Of a stretch of DNA of 64,000 nucleotides, positions 58,801 through 64,000 are shown in pieces. Within the stretch, counting starts at the first letter, position 1. Every line of letters begins with the position of its first letter. The DNA is taken from the NCBI RefSeq assembly GCF_009914755.1, contig NC_060933.1, one strand, 5' to 3'. The notes under the pieces were generated by a model. That model saw only the letters and a list, made by a program, of their open reading frames with translations, was not told the DNA's origin and made no database searches. The stretch is from the human T2T-CHM13v2.0 reference genome, Homo sapiens. A program made the position numbers and the translations under genes.

Positions 58801-61800
58801 GAATGGAATCAACTCGATTGCAATCGAATGGAATGGAATGGAATTAACCCGAATAGAATGGAATGGAATTGAATGGAACGGAACGGAACGGAACGGAATG
58901 GAATGGAATAGACTGGAACGGAAAGGAATGGAATTGAATGGAATGGAATGGAATGGAATGCAATCAACGCGAGTGCAGGGGAATGGAATGTAATGGAATG
59001 TAATGGAATGGAATCTTCCGGAATGGAATGGAATGGAATGGAATCAACCCGAGTGCAATGGAATGGAGTGGAATGGAATGGAATGGAATGGAACAACCCG
59101 AATGGAATCGAATGTAATGGAGAGTAAGGGAGTTGAATAGAATCAATCCGAATGTAATGGAATGGAATGGAACGGAATGGAATTGAATGGAATGGAAAGG
59201 AATGCAATGGAATGGAATCAACCCGAGTGCAATGGAATGGAGTGGAATGGAATGGAATGGAGTGGAAACTACCCGAATGGAATGGAATGTAATGAAATGT
59301 AAGGGAATTGAATAGAATCAATCCGAATGTAATGGAATGGAATGGAACGGAATGGAATGGAATGGAATGGAATGGAATGCAATGGAATGGAATCAACCCG
59401 AGTGCAATCGAATGGAATCGAATGGAATGGACTGCAATGGAATGGATTCAACTTGAATGGAATGGAAAGAATGGAATCAACACGAGTGGAATGGCATGGA
59501 TTGGAATGGAATGGAATGGAATCAAGCCGAGTACAGGGGAATGGAATGGAATGGAATGCAATGGAATGGAATCATCCGTAGTGGAATGGAAAGGAATGGA
59601 ATGGAATGGAATGGAATGGAATGGAATGGAATGGAATGGAATCAACTCGATTGCAATCGAATGGAATGGAATGGAATTAACCCGAATAGAATGGAATGGA
59701 ATGGAATGGAACGGAACGGAACGGAAAGGAACGGAACGGAACGGAATGGAATGGAATGGAATGGAATGGAACGGAAAGGAATGGAATGGAATGGAATGGA
59801 ATGGAATCAACGCGAGTGCAGGGGAATGGAATGGAATGGAATGCAATGGAATGGAATCTTCCGGAATGGAATGGAATGGAATGGAATGGAATGGAATGGA
59901 ATGGAATGGAATAAACCCGAGTGCAATGGAATGGAGTGGAATGGAATGGAATGGAATGGAACAAGCCGAATAGAATGGAATGGATTGGAGAGTAAGGGAG
60001 TTGAATAGAGTCAATCCGAATGTAATGGAATGGAATGGAACGGAATGGAATTGAATGGAATGGAATGGAATGCAATGGAATGCAATCAACCCGAGTGCAA
60101 TGGAATGGAGAGGAATGGAATGGAATGGAATGGAAACTACCCGAATGGAATGGAATGTAATGGAGTGTAAGGGAATTGAATAGAATCAATCCGAATGTAA
60201 TGGAATGGAATGGAATGGAATGGAATGGAATGGAATGGAATGTAATAGAAGGGAATCAACCCGAGTGCAATCGAATGGAATCGAATGGAATGGAATGCAA
60301 TGGAATGGATTCAACTTGAATGGAATGGAAAGAATGGAATCAACACGAGTGGAAGGGCATGGATTGGAATGCAATGGAATGGAATCAACCCGTGTACAGG
60401 GGAATGGAATGGAATGGAATGCAATGGAATGGAATCATCCGTAATGGAATGCAAAGGAATGGAATGGAATGGAATGGAATGGAATGGAATGGAATCGAAT
60501 CAACACGATTGCAATCGAATGGAATGGAATGGAATTAACCCGAATAGAATGGAATGGAATGGAATGGAACGGAACGGAATGGAATGGAATGGAATGGAAT
60601 GGAATGGAATCAAAGCGAGTGCAGGGGAATGGCATGGAATGGAATGCAATGGAATGGAATCTTCCGGAATGGAATGGAATGGAATGGAATGGAATGAAAT
60701 GCAATGGATTCAAGTCGATTGCAATGGAATGGAATAGAATGGAATGGAATGCAATGGAATGGGATTAACCCGAATAGAATGGAATGGATTGGAATGGAAC
60801 GGAATGGAACGGAATGGAATGGAATGGAATGGTATGGAATGGAATGGAATGGTATGGAATAGAATGGAATGGAACGAATTGTAATGGAATGGAATTGAAT
60901 GGAAAGGAATGGAATGGAATGGAATCAACGAGAGTGCAGGGGAATGTAATGGAACGGAATGCAATGGAATGGAAATATCCGGAATGGAATGGAATGGAAT
61001 GGAATGGAATGGAATGGAATCACCCGAGTGCAATGGAATGGAGTGGAATGGAATGGAATGGAATGGAACAACCCGAATGGAATGGAATGTAATGAAGAGT
61101 AAGGGAGTTGAATAGAATCAATGCGAATGTAATGGAATGGAATGCAACGGAATGGAATGGAATGGAATGGAATGGAATGGAATGGAATGGAATGCAAAGG
61201 AATGGAATCAACCGGAGTGGAATGGCATGGAATGGAATGCAATGGATTGGAATGGAATGGAATCAACTCGAGTGGAAAGGAATGGAATGGAATGGAAAGG
61301 AATGGAATAAAGTCAACTCGCGTGGAATAGAATGGAATGGAATGGATTGGAATGGATTGCAATGGAATGCAATTGAATGGAATGGAATGGAATCAATCAT
61401 GGAAGGGAATGTAATGGAGTGGAAAGAAGGGAATGGAATCAACCAGAGTGGAATGCAAGGCAATGGAATGGAATGGAAAGGAATGGAATGGAATCAACTC
61501 GATTGCAATGGAATGGAATGGAATGGAATGGAATGGAATGGAATGGAATGGAATTAACCGAAATAGAATGGAATGGAATGGAATGGAACGGAATGGAATG
61601 GAATGGAAGGGAATGGAATCAACACGAGTGCAGGGGAATGGAATGGAATGGAATGCAATGCAATGGAATCATCCGGAATGGAATGGAATGGAATGGAATC
61701 AACTCCATTGCAATGGAATGGAATGGAATGGAATGGAATAGAATGGAATGGAATTAACCCGAGTAGATGGAATGCAATAGAATGGAATGCAACGGAACCG

Positions 61801-61830
61801 AATGGAGTGGAATGGAATGGAATGGAATCA
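55830..61830 (+). repeat. More diverged direct duplication with offset ~4.34 kb (about 55830-57500 repeated at about 60180-61830)
   Basis: ATTCAACTTG followed by GTGGAAGGGCATGG 55965/60309, CACCCGAGT 56682/61021, TAATGAAGAG 56751/61090, AGTGGAAAGAAGGG 57091/61418, ATCAACTCCATTG 57361/61698. Confidence 0.8.
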
Positions 61831-64000
61831 ACCCGAGTACAGGGGAATGGAATGGAATGGAATGCAATGGAATGGAGTCATCCGTAATGGGATGGAAAAG
61901 AATGGAATGGAATGGAATGGAATGGAATGGAATGGAATGGAAAGGAAACAACTCGATGGCAATCGAATGGAATGGAATGGAATTAACCCGAATAGAATGG
62001 AATGGAATGGAATGGAACGGAACGGAATGGAATGGAATGGAATGCAATGGAATGGAATGGAATGGAATCAACGCGAGTGCAGGGGAATGGAATGGAATGG
62101 AATGCAATGGAATGGAATCTTCCGGAATGGAATGGAATGGAATGGAATGAAAGGCAATGGATTCAACTCGATTGCAATGGAATGGAATAGAATGAAATGG
62201 AATGGAATGGAATGGAATGGAATTGAATGGAATGGAAGGCCTTCAAACCGAATGGAATGGAAAGGAATGGAATCAACACGAGGGGAAAGGTATGGAATGG
62301 AAAGGAATGGAATGGAATGGAATGGTACGGAATAGAACGGAATGGAACGAACTGGAATGGAATGGAATGGAATGGAACGGAATGGAATGGAATGGAATGG
62401 AATGGAATGGAATCGTTCCGAGTGGAATAGGAGGGAATGTATTCGACTGGAATGGAAAGGAATGGAATCAACCAGAGTCGAATGGAAGGGAATGGAATGG
62501 AATGGAAACTAATAGAATGGAATCAACCCGAGTGGAATGGAATGGAAAGGACTGGAATGGAATGGAATGGAATGGAATGGAATCAACTCGATTGTAATGG
62601 AATGGAATGGAATGGAATGGAATGGAATGCAATGGAATGGAATGGAATGGAATTAACCCGAATACAATAGAATGGAATGGAATGGAACGGAATGGAGTGG
62701 AATGGAATGGAATCAACCCGACTGCAGGGGAATGGAATGGAATGAAATGCAATGGAATGGAGTCATCCGGAATGGAATGGAATGGAATGGAATGGAATGC
62801 AAAGCAATGGAATCAACTCGATTGGAATGGAATGGAATGGAATGGAAAGGAATACATTGGAATCAACTCGAGTGGAATGGAATGGAAAGGACTGGAATGG
62901 AGTGGAATGGAATGGAATGGAATCAACCCGAGTGCAGGGGAATGGAATGGAATGGAATGCAATGGAATGGAATCATCCGGAATGGAATGGAATGGAATGG
63001 AATGGAATGGAATGGAATGGAATCAACTCGATTTCAATGGAATGGAATGGAATAGAATGGAATGGAATTAACACGAAAGAATGGAATGGAATGGAATGGA
63101 ATGGAATGGAATGGAAAAGAAAGGAATGGAATGGAATGGAATGGAATCAACCCAAGTGCAGGGGAATGGAATGCAATGGAATTCAATGGAATGGAATAAT
63201 CCGGAATGGAATGGAATGGAATGGAATGGAATGGAATCAACCCGAGTGCAATGGAATGGAGAGGAATGGAATGGAATGGAATGCAAACTACACGAATGGA
63301 ATGGAATGTAATGGAGTGTAAGGGAATTGAATATAATGAATCCGAATGGAATGGAATGGAATGGAATGGAAAGGAATGGAATGGAATGGAATGGAATGGA
63401 ATGCAATGCCATGGAATCAACCCGAGTGCAATCAAATGGAATCGAATGAAATGGAATGCAATGGAATGGATTCAACTTGAATGGAATGGAAAGAATGGAA
63501 TCATAACGAGTGGAATGGCATGGTTTGGAATGGAATGGAATGGAATCAACTCGATTGCAATCGAATGGAATGGAATGGAATTAACCCAAATAGAATGGAA
63601 TGGAATGGAATGGAATGGAACGGAACGGAATGGAATGGAATGGAATGGAATGGAACGGATCGGAATGGAATGGAATGGAATGGAATGGAATGGAATCAAC
63701 GCGAGTGCAGGGGAATGGAATGGAATGGAATGCAATGGAATGGAATCTTCCGGAATGGAATGGAATGCAATGGAATAGAATGGAATGGAATGGAATGGAA
63801 TGGAATGGAATCAACCGGAGTACAGGGGAATGGAATGGAATGTAATGCAGTGGAATGGAATCATCCGTAATGGAATGGAAAGGAATGGAATGGAATGGAA
63901 TGGAATGGAATGGAATGGAATGGAATCAACTCGATTGCAATCGAATGGAATGGAATGGAATTAACCCGAATAGAATGGAATGGAATGGAATGGAACGGAA

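Larger units (their letters stand above)
1..64000 (+). repeat. Satellite III (HSat3-type) pericentromeric/heterochromatic tandem array, (GGAAT)n, purine-rich strand on +
   Basis: GGAAT pentamer from first to last base, with diverged pentamers (GCAAT, GTAAT, GGAAC, GGAGT, AGAAT, TGAAT). It is repeatedly interrupted by CAACCCGAGT/CAACCCGAAT, the 10-bp interspersed unit characteristic of satellite III. No orientation switch and no non-satellite insert seen. Confidence 0.98.

Noticed and set aside
6-63870. Hundreds of overlapping ORFs (MEWNG repeats on +, FHSIP repeats on -), up to 411 aa
   Set aside because: The pentamer has no stop codon in any frame and contains ATG on the + strand. ORFs overlap in all frames on both strands, have no domain-like sequence, and end wherever a variant pentamer creates a stop. 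They are not CDSs.
1-64000. CRISPR-like alternation of conserved modules and spacers
   Set aside because: The spacers are GGAAT runs, not unique sequences. Spacing is irregular and there are no cas genes. This is eukaryotic satellite DNA.
1-64000. Assignment to HSat2, or to the canonical Y-chromosome DYZ1 ~3.5 kb unit
   Set aside because: The sequence has long pure GGAAT runs and the satellite III 10-mer rather than the short CATTCGATTC-based unit of HSat2. I see no ~3.5 kb period, and EcoRI sites (about 1575, 34427, 46025, 63179) are rare and irregular. The subfamily is left unassigned.
1-64000. Alpha satellite, CENP-B boxes or telomeric TTAGGG arrays
   Set aside because: No 171-bp alphoid monomers, no CENP-B box consensus and no TTAGGG tracts were seen. 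GTAAGGG in one module is only superficially telomere-like.
1-64000. Embedded Alu/L1 insertion or strand inversion
   Set aside because: No non-satellite stretch longer than a few tens of bases, no poly(A) tail with target-site duplication, and no (ATTCC)n run on the + strand. The longest A run is the six A's in GGAAAAAACC.
1-64000. Canonical G-quadruplex array
   Set aside because: G tracts are almost all GG. GGG and GGGG tracts are isolated and do not form four closely spaced runs.

Overview
The whole 64 kb window is one uninterrupted classical satellite III (HSat3-type) array from human or another great ape. It consists of (GGAAT)n on the + strand and (ATTCC)n on the - strand, punctuated by the satellite III 10-mer CAACCCGAGT/CAACCCGAAT and a small vocabulary of related modules. 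I see no gene, RNA gene, transposon, CRISPR array or strand inversion. All ORFs in the track are artefacts: a stop-free pentamer reads poly(MEWNG) or poly(FHSIP) in every frame. The information is in the higher-order structure: (1) a young ~11.17 kb tandem duplication (4585-15765 / 15766-26921) with a breakpoint I can locate and a nested 2745-bp duplication; (2) further duplications with offsets of ~2.64, ~5.28, ~2.79 and ~4.1-4.3 kb that define about four locally homogenised domains; (3) about 50 copies of GGAAT-CTTCC-GGAAT, a perfect nGAAnnTTCnnGAAn heat-shock element, in a background of TEAD-type GGAATG sites; (4) a recurrent perfect 14-bp palindrome; (5) a cassette with near-invariant 175-bp spacing. 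I found no new protein-coding system. All counts and coordinates were read by eye and should be confirmed by script. I cannot assign the chromosome or HSat3 subfamily from the sequence alone.
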